64,000 bases of DNA from Eledone cirrhosa (Eukaryota). Shown here in pieces: positions 26,597-39,437 of the stretch (positions are counted from its first letter, which is position 1; each line of letters starts with the position of its first letter). The stretch lies in assembly GCA_964016885.1 (NCBI GenBank), contig OZ024742.1, positions 304,110,001 to 304,174,000 of the forward strand, given 5' to 3'. The notes under the pieces are model-generated. The model ran no database searches and had not been told where the DNA came from. It saw only the letters and a list, made by a program, of their open reading frames with translations. A program made the translations under genes and the position numbers.

Positions 26597-28729
26597 ATGG
26601 GTAATATCTATCCTACGAGGTTACCCTTTAACAAAAGAGTTTGCATAGCACAGCAAATAGATGACGAGACGGAGGCACAGTTCACCATAGCTAGAAATAA
26701 GATTAGACAGGTAGTAGACAGGTACACTATGAGACAGAGCAGACCAGAGGCCCAACAACTTGGGAGAAAACCTGTAGAAGGCTTGGTTAGCCTCAAGCAG
26801 CGCACAAGGGAGGGTGAGGTAGTGTGTCTACCCACAGATAAGTCTGGTAGGATGTCAATAGATAGCATGCCGAACTACATCGAGGCAATGCAACCCCACA
26901 TCACCAACACGAGCGAAGTTGCACAACTAACACACGATGGGAGAGAAAAAATCATCAACGCTCACATGATGATGTGGACTGACATCCTAAAGCCAAGCAG
27001 ACGCACTGCCAACAACTTCCAGGCGCCTAACAATGGCATACCACCCTTGTATGGGCTCCGCAAAGACCACAAGACAGCCGACGACCCGACAACAGGAGCA
27101 CCAACAAGACCCGTATGCGGAGCTAATATAGCTAGCAACTACAGGATCTCCTACTTCCTCTCAATGGTTATACGCCCCATAATCAAGATGTCCCCAGATG
27201 TATGTGAAAGTACAGAGGACCTCCTCAGCAGAATCAGTGAGTGCAACAAAAACAGGAGCCTATCCAACTGCATAATAGGTAGCATGGATGTAGTGTCACT
27301 GTACCCATCCATCAACATTGATTTTGCTGTGAAAAGATGTGTGGAGATGATCATTGAGAGTGAGGTGGAGTTCTGCGACGTCGACACAGACGAACTGGGC
27401 CTCCTACTTAGACTTACCTACGACACTGACTACCTAGACAGCCATGACCTTAGATGTTTCTGCCCTAGTAGACCTATAAGAGGTAGACCCCCCACCATAA
27501 CCCCAATGGCTAAAAAGACTCCCATAGGAAGGTGGATTGGGTGGACCAAAGCCATACGGACCCCCCAAAACACTGATCAGGTAAGAAAAATGGTCGCACA
27601 TGCAATAGGGGCTAGTATCAAAACTACCCTAAAGGGCCACATATTTAAGTTCAATGAGAAAATCTACACCCAAAATGAGGGAGCAGCCATCGGCGTCAGC
27701 ATAGCTGGTGATGTTGCCAACCTTTTCATGGTATGGTGGGAAAGGAGACTTAAAGATCTCCTTAATGAAAGCTCCATAGACCTCATCATGTACTCTCGTT
27801 ATGTAGACGATATCAATATAGTTATAAGAACACCCCCACTAGAGAGCACTAACAAGTTTGATTTAGAACGTAGCACGATGGAAAGCATCCAGCAGATAGC
27901 TAATTCCATACACCAGAGTATAACTGTAACTATCGACTTCCCTTCCAAACACCCTAACAATAGACTACCTGTATTAGACACAGAACTCTGGATTAACACT
28001 ATAGACGAGAGAGCCCAAATTCTCCACTCACACTATGCTAAACCCATGGCCTCCAAATACCTGATACTCAAAAACTCAGCAATGTCCAGTAGTGCTAAGT
28101 TTAATATTCTGATCGCAGATTTGGTACGAGTGATGAAGAATGTGTCCAGCATGTGCGACCCAACAGAAATGGAAGGACACATCCAACGCTTCATCAACCG
28201 CATGCAGTTCTCTGGCTACAACCAAAGAGACAGAGTCAGAGTATACGAAGGAGCCATGGAAAAGTATAAGACCCTCATAGAACTGGACATGAAAGGAATC
28301 TGCCCACTATACAGGAGCAAATCATGGAATAGCTTAGATAGGGCTAGACATAAGATAGGGAAGGCCACATCATGGTACGACAACCAGAGATATCAGAGTG
28401 TCATGTTTGTGGACGCCACCCCTGGAGGGAAATTAGCTAACCAGTGTAGAAAGGCCCTGAGAAAGACCCACTTAAAAATAAAGGTGGTAGAAAAGCCAGG
28501 AACCACCATAAAATCCCTGATCAGCAAAACCTACCCTTTTAAGAAAACCCACTGTACCAATAGGAAGTGTATCATATGTAAGGTGAACCCCCGGATAAAC
28601 TGTAAAACTAGAAACGTAGTCTATAGCATAAGATGTACACAGGGTACTTGCAGAAACATGATAACAACATACATAGGTGAGACAGCTCGTAGCATAGGTG
28701 AAAGGATAGACCAACACTGGGGAAACTAA
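26597..28729 (+). CDS. PLE reverse transcriptase + GIY-YIG endonuclease polyprotein; frame is open from about 26228 and the C-terminus is frameshifted, ending at 28956
   Basis: Motifs TDKSGR, LYGLRKDHK..TRPVC, SMDVVSLYPSI, QNEGAAIG, YSRYVDD, LPVLD, HYAKPM, SGY, PLYR, IKVVEKPG, CxxxxCxxC, VVYSIRC and YIGETARS..R..QH. A 1-nt deletion near 28720 shifts the frame away from ...VLYEHARQQH...RQIREASEI...LNRKNEW, judged against ORF 61298-61561. Confidence 0.92.
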   Translation: MGNIYPTRLPFNKRVCIAQQIDDETEAQFTIARNKIRQVVDRYTMRQSRPEAQQLGRKPVEGLVSLKQRTREGEVVCLPTDKSGRMSIDSMPNYIEAMQPHITNTSEVAQLTHDGREKIINAHMMMWTDILKPSRRTANNFQAPNNGIPPLYGLRKDHKTADDPTTGAPTRPVCGANIASNYRISYFLSMVIRPIIKMSPDVCESTEDLLSRISECNKNRSLSNCIIGSMDVVSLYPSINIDFAVKRCVEMIIESEVEFCDVDTDELGLLLRLTYDTDYLDSHDLRCFCPSRPIRGRPPTITPMAKKTPIGRWIGWTKAIRTPQNTDQVRKMVAHAIGASIKTTLKGHIFKFNEKIYTQNEGAAIGVSIAGDVANLFMVWWERRLKDLLNESSIDLIMYSRYVDDINIVIRTPPLESTNKFDLERSTMESIQQIANSIHQSITVTIDFPSKHPNNRLPVLDTELWINTIDERAQILHSHYAKPMASKYLILKNSAMSSSAKFNILIADLVRVMKNVSSMCDPTEMEGHIQRFINRMQFSGYNQRDRVRVYEGAMEKYKTLIELDMKGICPLYRSKSWNSLDRARHKIGKATSWYDNQRYQSVMFVDATPGGKLANQCRKALRKTHLKIKVVEKPGTTIKSLISKTYPFKKTHCTNRKCIICKVNPRINCKTRNVVYSIRCTQGTCRNMITTYIGETARSIGERIDQHWGN

Positions 28730-29241
28730 AAGGACGAAAAAACGGGTCAGTACTATACGAACATGCTAGACAACAACATGACGGTAACATAGACAACATA
28801 GAAATTAGAATAATATCTAAACATAGGAATGACCCAGCAGATAGGCAAATCAGAGAGGCCAGTGAAATAGAAATTAGAAGACCAAAGCTAAACAGAAAGA
28901 ATGAGTGGAACAACAACAACACCCAAACAAACAACACTGACCTAAGAGAAGTATAAATAAATAAGTAAATAAAATAAAATAAAATAAGATAAATAAATAC
29001 ATACACAAGCACAATAACAACAAGCACATAAACACACACTAGTCACCCAGCAGGCACAACACTATACACACTAGTCACACATCACACATAACACTATACA
29101 CACACGCAAACGCATGCGCAAAGAAGACAAAATAAAATAAGATAAACAAACAAGCAAATAAATAAATAAATATATAGACAGACTGAATAAAAAATGGCGT
29201 AGACATACAACACAACAGGAGGAACAATGAATATAACACCA

Positions 29242-29272
29242 CTGACGATGTTGCAGATGTGCAACGAAAGAT
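29242..29272 (+). ncRNA. Minimal HHR-like motif in the Naiad pLTR (stems I and III degenerate)
   Basis: CTGACGA-T-GTTGCA-GATG-TGCAAC-GAAAG, at the same relative position as the HHR of the sister family (43441-43483). Confidence 0.55.
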
Positions 29273-29492
29273 TTATGTAAATTATGTAAACTATATATAT
29301 ATATATGTGTTTGTGTCTATATTGTATCTGTATTATTTTTGACCGCCGGTCAGTCAATGGCAACATTGAGGACCGAGTAAGTTAGATCGCAGATATAATA
29401 AAAGACAGCGAGAAGCGAAAACCAACCAAACAGTGAGTGTGTTCTGTTATTAATTCTGGCAATATTACGCAAATATGACCCTCCCCAAGTAT

Positions 29493-29540
<48 letters not shown>

Positions 29541-29878
29541 GGATACTATTTATGGTTATGTATATACTAAAATTTTTATAGTTATATATATTTTAATCTT
29601 GTATTTTAATTTTGTTTTAATTTTGTTTTAATTTTAATCTTGATTTTGATTTTGAATTTGAATTGCTATTCAGAAATAATATAGTATAATATATGTCACT
29701 CCACTGTACATCAACATATACATATGTATCTGTATGTCTCTTGCGTTGGAAAGGAGGTCAATTATGTGTACAAACATTGAAAAATGCTCCGAAGACCACA
29801 AGCCTAGGTTTGGATGAAACAATTGTAAGTGAATAAATGCTTTGAACATAGCTTTGATTCTTGTGAATTCTCTCTCTC

Positions 29879-29931
<53 letters not shown>

Positions 29932-30187
29932 ATATATATATATATATATACATACCGCTCTGTCTTTTAAGTATGTTAATTATTTTCAACTGAACGAGAT
30001 CAATTATGATATATAATCATCTGATACAGAAATATTATATGGAGTAGCGAAACAATTGTAAACGGAAATTATTATTATTAATATTATTATTATTATTCTC
30101 TACATTCCTTACATCAAACTAAAATATGTTAACAATCTTTTAATAATGTCTTCTTTGTGAACTTTGTGGTCTTGTTTTGATTAACTA

Positions 30188-30246
<59 letters not shown>

Positions 30247-31102
30247 TATATGTAAGTTTATATATAGAAACTGAAAGATTGATATATATATATATATATA
30301 TAAAGAGAGAGAAAGAGAGAGAGGGACCGAGCGTCAGGGGTATTACTGAAATGTCTATAAGGTAAGACCAGCAACATAAGATGTTAATCTGAAAAAAGGA
30401 AGAACGTGTCAAAACATGCTAGATTTGCAATAAATAATTAACGGATTGTACATCAGGATAACGGTTCGCCATAAACATACTATGTTGTTTCGACTCGTGA
30501 AATATTCCAAAGTTGAGATTGATATGATTCAGATGTACTTTAAACTTTGGAAAATTCAAGGAAATACCACGCATACTCACATACACACCCACTCCCCCAC
30601 ACACACGCACACACATGCAGAAACACACTCACACACTCCCACACACACAAATACACAAACAGTCAAATATAAGACTCTAGATAAATAAAAATTAACTTAT
30701 ATACACGTAAATAAATATATCTGCGTATTCTATATTTTCTCCGGACACGGAATAAATCTTTCTTTTATTCAGTCTTTCATAAAATATGAGACATAAGAGA
30801 ATTTTGATGAAACCGGTAATATAAGAAACGAAACGAAATGTCAAAAATAGAGATAGGCTGAATTTCTTTACGAAATACTTGAAAATATAGCTTGAATTTT
30901 CTAATTCAACGTTAGAAATATCTTGTCATATCATATACCGCTGCTTACTATACAGCGATGACGGTATTGTTATATTATGAACGAATTAGAGAAACAAACA
31001 CACACACACATACACACACACACTCACACATATATATATATTAAGAAAATAAAAAACAGTAGAAAAAGCTAATATAATTTTAACATTCTAAATATATATA
31101 TT

Positions 31103-31133
<31 letters not shown>

Positions 31134-31134
31134 C

Positions 31135-31447
31135 TAGGGCGGGTAAAATTCCCGAGATCCATGGACGAGTTCTCTTCAGCGGTCTGTCCCTCATTATCGC
31201 TGCCATGTCCTGCGTCTCCAACAGACCTTAGGGCATCAAGATACGTTAACCTTGGTCTTCCTCTTCCAGTGTATCCATGCAGGGGCTCCCACATGAGCAC
31301 TGAGTGTAGTGTCAGCTCTGGATGTCGGTCAGCATGTCCAGCTAACCTCAGTCTCCTCTTTGTCACTTTTGAGCTGACTTTTGTGAGGATCCCATATAGC
31401 TCTGAGTTTTCCATCCTCAGTGTATACTGATTAATGGTCAGAACCAT
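31135..31447 (-). mobile_element. 3' fragment of an RTE-group LINE within (TA)n
   Basis: NSELYG..KVSSKVTKRRLRLAGH..R..E....VLMWEP.HG..GRGRPRLTYLDAL is a typical RTE-group ORF C-terminus. Confidence 0.75.
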
Positions 31448-32786
31448 ATATATATATATATAATTATATTAGGTATAAATCGAACTTGTAGCTGCCATAT
31501 ATCAGATACTAATCGAGTTGTTTGAGGCACTCGATAGAGCGGTATCTTAATACATTACCTTCTAGAATAAACACAACAGCAAAAAAAGTGACACCAAGAA
31601 AATCGACCAAAGGCAGTGGTTATACATATACCACAACAACGATAAATACAGAGGGGGAGAGAGAGAGAGTAACAATTCCATAACAAATTAGGTAAATATA
31701 CCCAAGGACGCGCGTTTCACCAATGTGTGTGGTCAAACAAAGCAATTGGACTACGCATGACAATACTTCTCCGTAGTGATGCTTCTGCTATGCTTCAGAA
31801 AAGTGAAGTGGATTAATTCAGCTGCGAACTACGAAGCAGTTATCATGATATACTTTTCTTGTAACTTTCGTTTTAGGAGTTTCATCTCGGTACAAACCTT
31901 GAGATAAACGTCCGCAGTTGTTTTATGATATTAAAAAATTGAGAGGTTTTGCGGGGATTAAGGACGTCAAAAGAATCGACCGTTATGGGTTTAACGAGAG
32001 AGGTATCGAATGGCGGTCTATACTTCCAACAAATTCCGAACTTCAGCTTGTCGGGGAACAAAACCTATGTCTCTCGCCCAATTCACTATATTGTTGTTAG
32101 AGAAGGTGACGTTACTGCCGAAGAAAGTGTCGTTACACCGTCTATTATAACGTTATTCTGACAAATTGGTGACTTTATTCGTCACGTATTTGTAAAGCTT
32201 CGAAATCAAAACCAGTAAGACTGAAAGACAAAATTAACTTAACATGCACTGTTACTATAAAACATAGAATCAACAACCTCTGGCATGCCTTTCCTCGGAT
32301 ATATTAAATCATATAATCATTTGAAAACATCTACTTAAGCCAGTCATAGCACAATATAAAACATCGATGGGAGTCGAATTCGAAGTAAGCGGTCAGGAAG
32401 TGATTAGACTACAAATTGCAGCAATACCATGGCGTAGTAAACAGCTTTCTCATTCATATCAAACAGCCTTATCATGGAAAGACAGTTAGACAACAATATT
32501 CTCATAATAGAATATAGTGAATATTCACAATACAAACGAGACGTTGAGTCTGGTAGAATTCCTATTTACATTCACATGTATTATTAACCATGAATAAAAA
32601 GAACCTATTTCTCATAGGTGTTTACGTGCTGATATATCCATCTCCCAGAAAATATTATCCCTTATAATAGCTGTATAGCTCAGTTATCCACCCAATGAAC
32701 TGAAACTGAGTTCACATACTCGTGGTTCTGTAGCTTTTGGAGAAGAGAGAAAGAGAGAGAGAGAAAGAGAGAGCAAGGGAGAGAGT

Positions 32787-32860
<74 letters not shown>

Positions 32861-33807
32861 CAGAGAGTGAGAGAGAGGGAGAGAGGGGTGGTGAGAGAGA
32901 AAGTTTTAGTAATTTGATTCATGGAAGTTGATAGAAAGAGTATAAAAGAGATTTTATTACTTAGATTATATTAAAGGATTGGAGCAAATATTTTACCGGG
33001 TGAACTCTTGATGATTCATCGAAGAAATGAAGATTAGAAGCAAATTGGATGTTCATATGAAAAGTACTGAAGGCAAAACGTACATCAAATGCAATATCCC
33101 GTATTAAACAATCTTGCAGCCCTTAACATTAATTTTAATTTAGAATAAATGGTAGAATAATTTACCGAAATTAGAAATGATACCCATGTGACGAAAGCAA
33201 AATGCACGGAGAGAAGTCATCTTGTAGGCTAAATTTTTACAGCTGCACCTATAGCGATATTCTTTTGTTTGAATGCAGATTTCTGGCAGGATTATATAAC
33301 AAAAAACATACTTCGGTTTTTTGAGTGCTGAAATCATTGTTTAAAGCAAACCTGAATAACCGGAGGAACATTTCTTACTAACATGTAACTCGCACGCAAA
33401 TTGGAGAATTTCTAATTAAAATATCAACACAATGGAAACGGTAAACTCTAGAAAACATATTTTATTATAGACGTTTGCAATATATAGATTTGAAGATTAA
33501 AATTATGCTTGCTTTCAATAACTCCACGCATTCTTCTCTGAGAAGGATGGCTAATAAGCTGTTACGTTTAGAAAGCTGATAAACTAACTGTATTTACTAC
33601 AGACATTTTAAAACTGCAATAATATCTACAACACGTGTTTCCACAACTTTAAAAATCTTGCACACAGCATAAGAACAGGTAGCCATACAAAATTTCAAGA
33701 CAATAATAAACTGATCACAGGGATTTAAAAGTGTCAGAAAGACTGAAAGCAGCAGAAAAGAATAATTTTGAATGTTGTATTGTTATCTCTTTATCTTAAT
33801 TTCGACT

Positions 33808-35063
33808 ATATTTTTTTGACCGGCCACCTTCCTGGTGGCAAGGTTGTAAAAGAAAAGAAATTGTCATCCCTTGAATCGCAAGAATGTTTTGCAAATTTTG
33901 AAGGTGCCAGCTATCGCAGCCATTTGTAGACTATGAATTAGGGAGCTGCGCTTTTTGTCCGCAAATCCAAGTTCAGTCATACTTTGGTCCAAGCGGGTTG
34001 GTATATAACCCGTAGCTCCTATAATGATGGGTATGAAGCTAAAGGTGTATCTTGGATACGGGATTTGTCAACTCCTCATCAATGGTCCGTAGATGTCCTC
34101 CTTCTCCTGTCTTTTTCTGACAACGTTTACATCAAGTGGGCAGCTGATCTCCACAACAGAACACGTTTTCAATGTGTGGTCCCAAACAACAATATCAGGC
34201 CGGTTGTGCTTTAATTTGGTGGCAGTTTTTATTTTCAGGTTCCACCAGTATTCCTTAGTGCCATCTGTCTCAATATATTCTTCCTCGTTTCTTGTTAATT
34301 TTGTTTTCCGAAGTGCGTTCCAGATGGTTCTAGCTATCCCATCGTGTCTCATGGGGATGACATTCTTTCGCAGCTGGCAACAATGTGGCTTACATCCTCG
34401 ATCTTTGTTTTACATAGCCTACATTTATTGTCAGCTGCTGGCCCTCCTCTTTTGTGCAGCATATATTTGGTAGGGAATTCTTGTTCCTGTATTGCATAGA
34501 GATATCTCTCAAGGTGTGATGTCATAAACTTGTCGGAACTCCATGCCAGGCTTTTTGAGTGGTTTATCCCCTCTATGGTCTGTGTTTTACGCCTCAAGTA
34601 TCCATGCACAACTTTTTCTGTAAATTGGTCAATTTTTTTAATCTTGAACATTGAATAGGATCTTCCGATTTCTCTGGGTGAGAGATTTATATCAGGCTTT
34701 ATTCCATATCTCTCCTCCAGATCAGTCGCTATTCTAATGATATTTTTTTTTTCATGCTCATAAACCTGAGCAAGATGGTTGCCAACCTTTTTCCTCTCTT
34801 GAAGGTGTTGCTTCAGTGTTACTATCCGGGTCTCATATGTTGTTAATATTGATTTTAGACCCCGGCCACCTTCCTTGCGTGAGAAGTATAGCCTATTCAC
34901 ATCACCATTTATGTTAGAAGTTCCCAGTAACACTGAGAAGTTTTCGAGTTCTAACATCCATATCACTTAGTTCTTGCAATGACCAGTTCAGCAGGCCAAA
35001 TGTTGGCGTTAGAATTGGCACAGCATAAGTATTGTGGGAAATGTATTTGTTGTATGCTGACAG
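33808..35063 (-). mobile_element. 5'-truncated R4/Dong-like non-LTR retrotransposon (RT thumb, CCHC knuckle, restriction-like endonuclease), frameshifted
   Basis: NTYAVPILTPTFGLLNW, DVNRLYFSRKEGGRGL, AIQEQ, CRLC..KIEDVSHIVASC, RHDGIA, HNRPDIVVWD..VEISCPLD and QEKEDIY across ORFs 34914-35159, 34349-34966 and 34068-34352. Confidence 0.85.
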
Positions 35064-35111
35064 TATGTATGTATGTATGTATGTATGTATGTATGTATGT
35101 ATGTATGTATG

Positions 35112-35142
<31 letters not shown>

Positions 35143-35155
35143 GTATGTATGTATG

Positions 35156-35477
35156 TCAACGACCCTGATGGTATCCAATGATGTTGACTTGTTCTTCTTT
35201 TTGGTAAATATCATCTTCGTTAAGAAAGTGGGACTGGCTTTGTGCAATGCCTTTGCTCACTATAAAAGCTTCACGGCACAGGCATTGCTTTATATCTGGA
35301 GATCTCTCTGCACTTGTCGTCACATGGTACCAAGGGCCCAGCATAATGTGTCAATAATTGTCACAAGTGTAGTGTTTGTACCAGAGTTTTCAAGTCGCTG
35401 GCTGGACTAAAAAGTCACATTCTTCTACATGGATATAAAGTAGTGGCCGTACTCGAAAACGAGTTGGCAGCCACCAT
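35156..35477 (+). mobile_element. Short non-autonomous retroposon (family T) embedded in (TATG)n
   Basis: Near-identical to 35762-36098 and 63755-64000. 3' stem-loop ACTCG-AAAA-CGAGT followed by (ATGT)n. Confidence 0.75.
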
Positions 35478-35552
35478 GTATGTATGTATGTATGTATGTA
35501 TGTATGTATGTATGTATGTATGTATGTATGTATGTATGTATGTATGTATGTA

Positions 35553-36098
35553 TGCAGGATGTCCAAAGTCACCCTCCTCACCAAGGTTTCTTGGTGAGGA
35601 GGGTGACATTGGACATCCTGCAGGAGTAAAAACAAAACTTGTCAAAGGGCAAAGGAGCTCTTAAGAGTCAATGGCCATCCAAAATCACCGGGAGAGATGA
35701 CACCTTAGCCTTTGTCAAGGCAGAATTCTAGGAGAAGGAAAACTCTGATATAACACCTGAATCCCTGATGGTATCCAATGATGTTGACTTGTTCTTCTTT
35801 TTGGTAAATATCATCTTCGTTAAGAGAGAGGGACTGGCTTTGTGCAGCGCCTTTGCTCACTATAAAAGCTTCACGGCACAGGCATTGCTTTATATCTGGA
35901 GATCTCTCTGCACTTGTCGTCACATGGTACCATGGGCCCAGCACTATGCGTCAATAATTGTCACAAGTGTAGTGTTTGTACCAGAGTTTTCAAGTCGCTG
36001 GCTGGACTAAAAAGTCACACTCGTTCAGCGCATCGGTAGGGGTTCTACATGGATATAAAGTAGTGGCCGTACTCGAAAACGAGTTGGCAGCCACCATG
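35553..36098 (+). mobile_element. Longer family-T copy with a 5' hairpin and an RTE-5'UTR-like motif
   Basis: Near-perfect hairpin at 35553-35622; GGCAGAATTCTAGGAGAAGGAAAACTCTGA at 35719-35748; same 3' end as 35156-35477. Confidence 0.7.
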
Positions 36099-36924
36099 TA
36101 AGTATATATGTATGTATGTATATATGTGTGTATATGTCTGTATGCATGTATGTATGTATGCATGTATATATGTGTGCATGTATATATCTATGTATTATGT
36201 ACGTACGTATAAATGTATGTATGTTTGTGTGTATGTATGTATGTTTGTATGTATGAATGTATAAATGTATAAATATATGTATGTATTATATATGTATGAA
36301 TGTATGTACGTATTATATATGTATGAATGTATGCATGTAAGTATTTATGTAATATGTATGTGTGTAAAAAGGCATATGTATCTATGTATCTATGCATGAA
36401 TGTATGTGCACATTCAATCAGATATGATTATATATGTGCTAAAGAAAGGAAAAGAGGAGGGGAAATACAAAAATAGAAAGTAGGAGGAGAGTCTAAGATT
36501 AAGAATGAGGCTGTAGAAAGTTCACAATATTGTAAGTGAATGAAGGTGAGTGAGGCTACGGAAGAATGTGAGTGTATGGAAGAATGCTGCTGAGAGAAGG
36601 TAGGGTGTGTTGTTGAGAGAAAATAGGGTGTATGGGTGAGAGAAGGTGGGAATGTTGGTGGATGAACATAAGAAAGAAGACATAGAACATATGAGTGGTG
36701 AATGAAAAAATGTACCTGGGAGAACGGAAAAGTGTGACAGGTAAGAATCATTAAAATGCAGGTGAGAGAAAAAGTAATGGTAGCTCGAGAATACGTAAAC
36801 GTGTTGGTGAAGGATCGAAAAGTTTTGGGTAAATACACATTCGAGTAAGCGTGTGCGTGAAGAGACGTATGAGTGTGAGTAAGGGATCGTATGAGTCTAT
36901 TTTGAGGGAACGTATGAGTTGAGG

Positions 36925-37048
36925 TGAATCGACGTAAGAGTGCGGGTGTTATCGTAAGAGTGCGGCTGAGTGATCGTAAGAGTGCGGGTGAGATCGTAAG
37001 AGTGCAGGTATTATCGTAAGAGTGCGGGTGAGAGATCGTAAGAGTATG
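36925..37048. repeat. 20-22-bp minisatellite (ATCGTAAGAGTGCGGGTGAG), about 6 units, inside a purine-rich tract at 36430-37340
   Basis: Directly visible. Confidence 0.8.
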
Positions 37049-39278
37049 AAGGAGGGAAGGTATCAGTGTAGATGAACGATGGGAAGAATGAGGTTGATGG
37101 AACGTAAGAGAGTGGGTGATGGAATGTAAGAATGTGGGTGAGGGATCGTTAGAATGTAAGTGAGGGATGGTAAATGTGGTAAAAGTGAGGAATCGTAAGA
37201 ATGTGTGTGGAGGAGTAAATGTGAAGAGAGAGAATATTTGATTTTTGAATGAGAATATTTGATTTTATATAGTGTGACGAGTGTATATAGTGTAGAGAAT
37301 TTTATAGAAGGGAAGCGAAAAGTAGCAGCTTGAGATAGCATGAGTGTATGATTTCGAGTGAAATGTTATGCGTGCTTTAGAAAAAGGATGTGCGAGTGAA
37401 TTGGTGCAACTGGCTGTACGGAGGAAAGCCCGAGAGGCTCAGTTATGAAAGACATAGGTAATAGGACAGAGTAGGGAATGAGTACGACAAAGAAAGGATG
37501 TTAGTAAAGAGAAGGAAAGATTAAGTGCTGACGTGTGAAAGACTGCTGCAGAGAAATACACATTTCTGTATATATGTGTATGTATATTATTTGACAGTTT
37601 TTATATAGTTTTTATTTTCTTTATTCAGTAGAAAAAGAAGATATATGTGTAAATGTGAATGAGAAATGATGTGTTAAAAGAAGTGTGTCAAAGAAAAAGA
37701 GAAATACTGAGATTTCAAGAGTGAAAGAGGTGGAGTGAGTGGGGTAGAAGGAACAAACCGTGTTTTAAAGAATTAATGTTTGAGAAAAAAATAAGAATAT
37801 ATGTAAAAGTGTGAGATTATATATATGTATATATGTGTTTAAAAAAAAAAAATTAGAATAAGGGAGTTAAAAACAGAATTTTATCAGCTTTTTGTTGTCT
37901 TTTTCTTTTACACCTTAAGAACTTCCTTGCAGGTAAATTTTAATTTATGAAGTCGATATATAATCCAATATAAATATATTATTAGTTATTATCAATATTT
38001 CGCAGGAGAGACTTTTTCTATTTTATCGTTATTATTATTATTGTTATTATTTTTTCTAATTTCAGTAATATGTTCAGAAATTCCATGGGTCCTTATCAGA
38101 AATTTTCGTTTTTTGTTTTCGATCAAAAAGACGGAGCACAACTAAAATATACGTATTCGGGCGCAGAATCACACACTCACAGACACACAGAAAAACACAA
38201 ACACACCAATACTGCACACACACACACACACACACGAATGAACACTGACATACAAATATGGATATGTTATGTCAAATGTATAGAAGTGCAAATATCAAAA
38301 TATATAAATATACATTAATGTGTGATTTTAAAAATTAAAGAATGAGTCCTCTTATATATATGCCCATGTATACATATATATATATATATGTGCGTGTATG
38401 GATGTTTGTGTGCGTATATATGTGTGCATATGTGTGCGTTTGGTGTTTGAATTTATGAATCGTACATACAAATGTGGGAAAACTCGATTTGATATGATTG
38501 AATATAATCTTTTAGAATTTCTTTTTAATTCCATTTCTCCACTTTCCAATAAGATTGCTTTAAGCCAAATGGTAGTTTTGAGAGTGAAACCTTTCATGTG
38601 TTAACCAAATTCATTACGCTTTAGAACAAACGTCGAAGGAAATATTGGAATATTTTATAATCCAATTGCTGTTTTCTACAAATTATTAGAAGACTTATCA
38701 AGGCAGTGTGATATACAAGTATTATAAACTGCTAATATATACAGACGCACTGGAGAGCACTTCAATGATGAGGTATGCTTCCGGTAAACAGAGATTATCA
38801 CCAGGTTTCTCTACCACGTGGCAGCTACTTTACAGCCTTTATATCGTAGATGTTCTTAAAACCAGGTATACACATTCCTCATTAATTTTAATGTTTTGAA
38901 TCAACGATGGAGTACGAAAATATATGCAATTGTTTGACCTACGAGAAATAAGAGCTTAATCACAGCTTACTGTCTTATGAAAGATCCCAAGAAACATTGG
39001 AAAATAGTACCCTTGAAACACTTGTTAGCTACGGCTAGGAGGTTTTATTTGTGGGAGCGATGAAGGCAGTCGTGGACTAAATAATTAAATCAACAACCAA
39101 TACATATTTCTTCAGTGAGATAGCGTCCATATAAAATCAATTATAAGAAACAAGCATAGACGTACTAGTAATATTCCGGGTCCGACAAGATGACATGCAC
39201 ATATTATGTGAATGTCTGTAAGTCTATGCATTCGTATATGTTTGCGTATGTTTTGTGTATGTCTGTGTGTATGTGTAT

Positions 39279-39437
<159 letters not shown>

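Larger units (their letters stand above)
26228..29498 (+). mobile_element. 5'-truncated Penelope-like element, Naiad-type, inserted in (TA)n
   Basis: Long RT + GIY-YIG ORF, A-rich 3' UTR, HHR-like motif at 29242-29272, terminal ATGACCCTCCCCAAGTATAACAATAT. (TA)n on both sides. Confidence 0.88.

Noticed and set aside
28540-28660. Selenoprotein status of the Naiad-type element
   Set aside because: All Cys positions in the linker and GIY-YIG region are TGT/TGC here, and family B (61560-61690) has no in-frame TGA either.
36925-37048. CRISPR-like regular repeats
   Set aside because: Units are contiguous with no unique spacers, the context is eukaryotic and there are no cas genes; it is a minisatellite.
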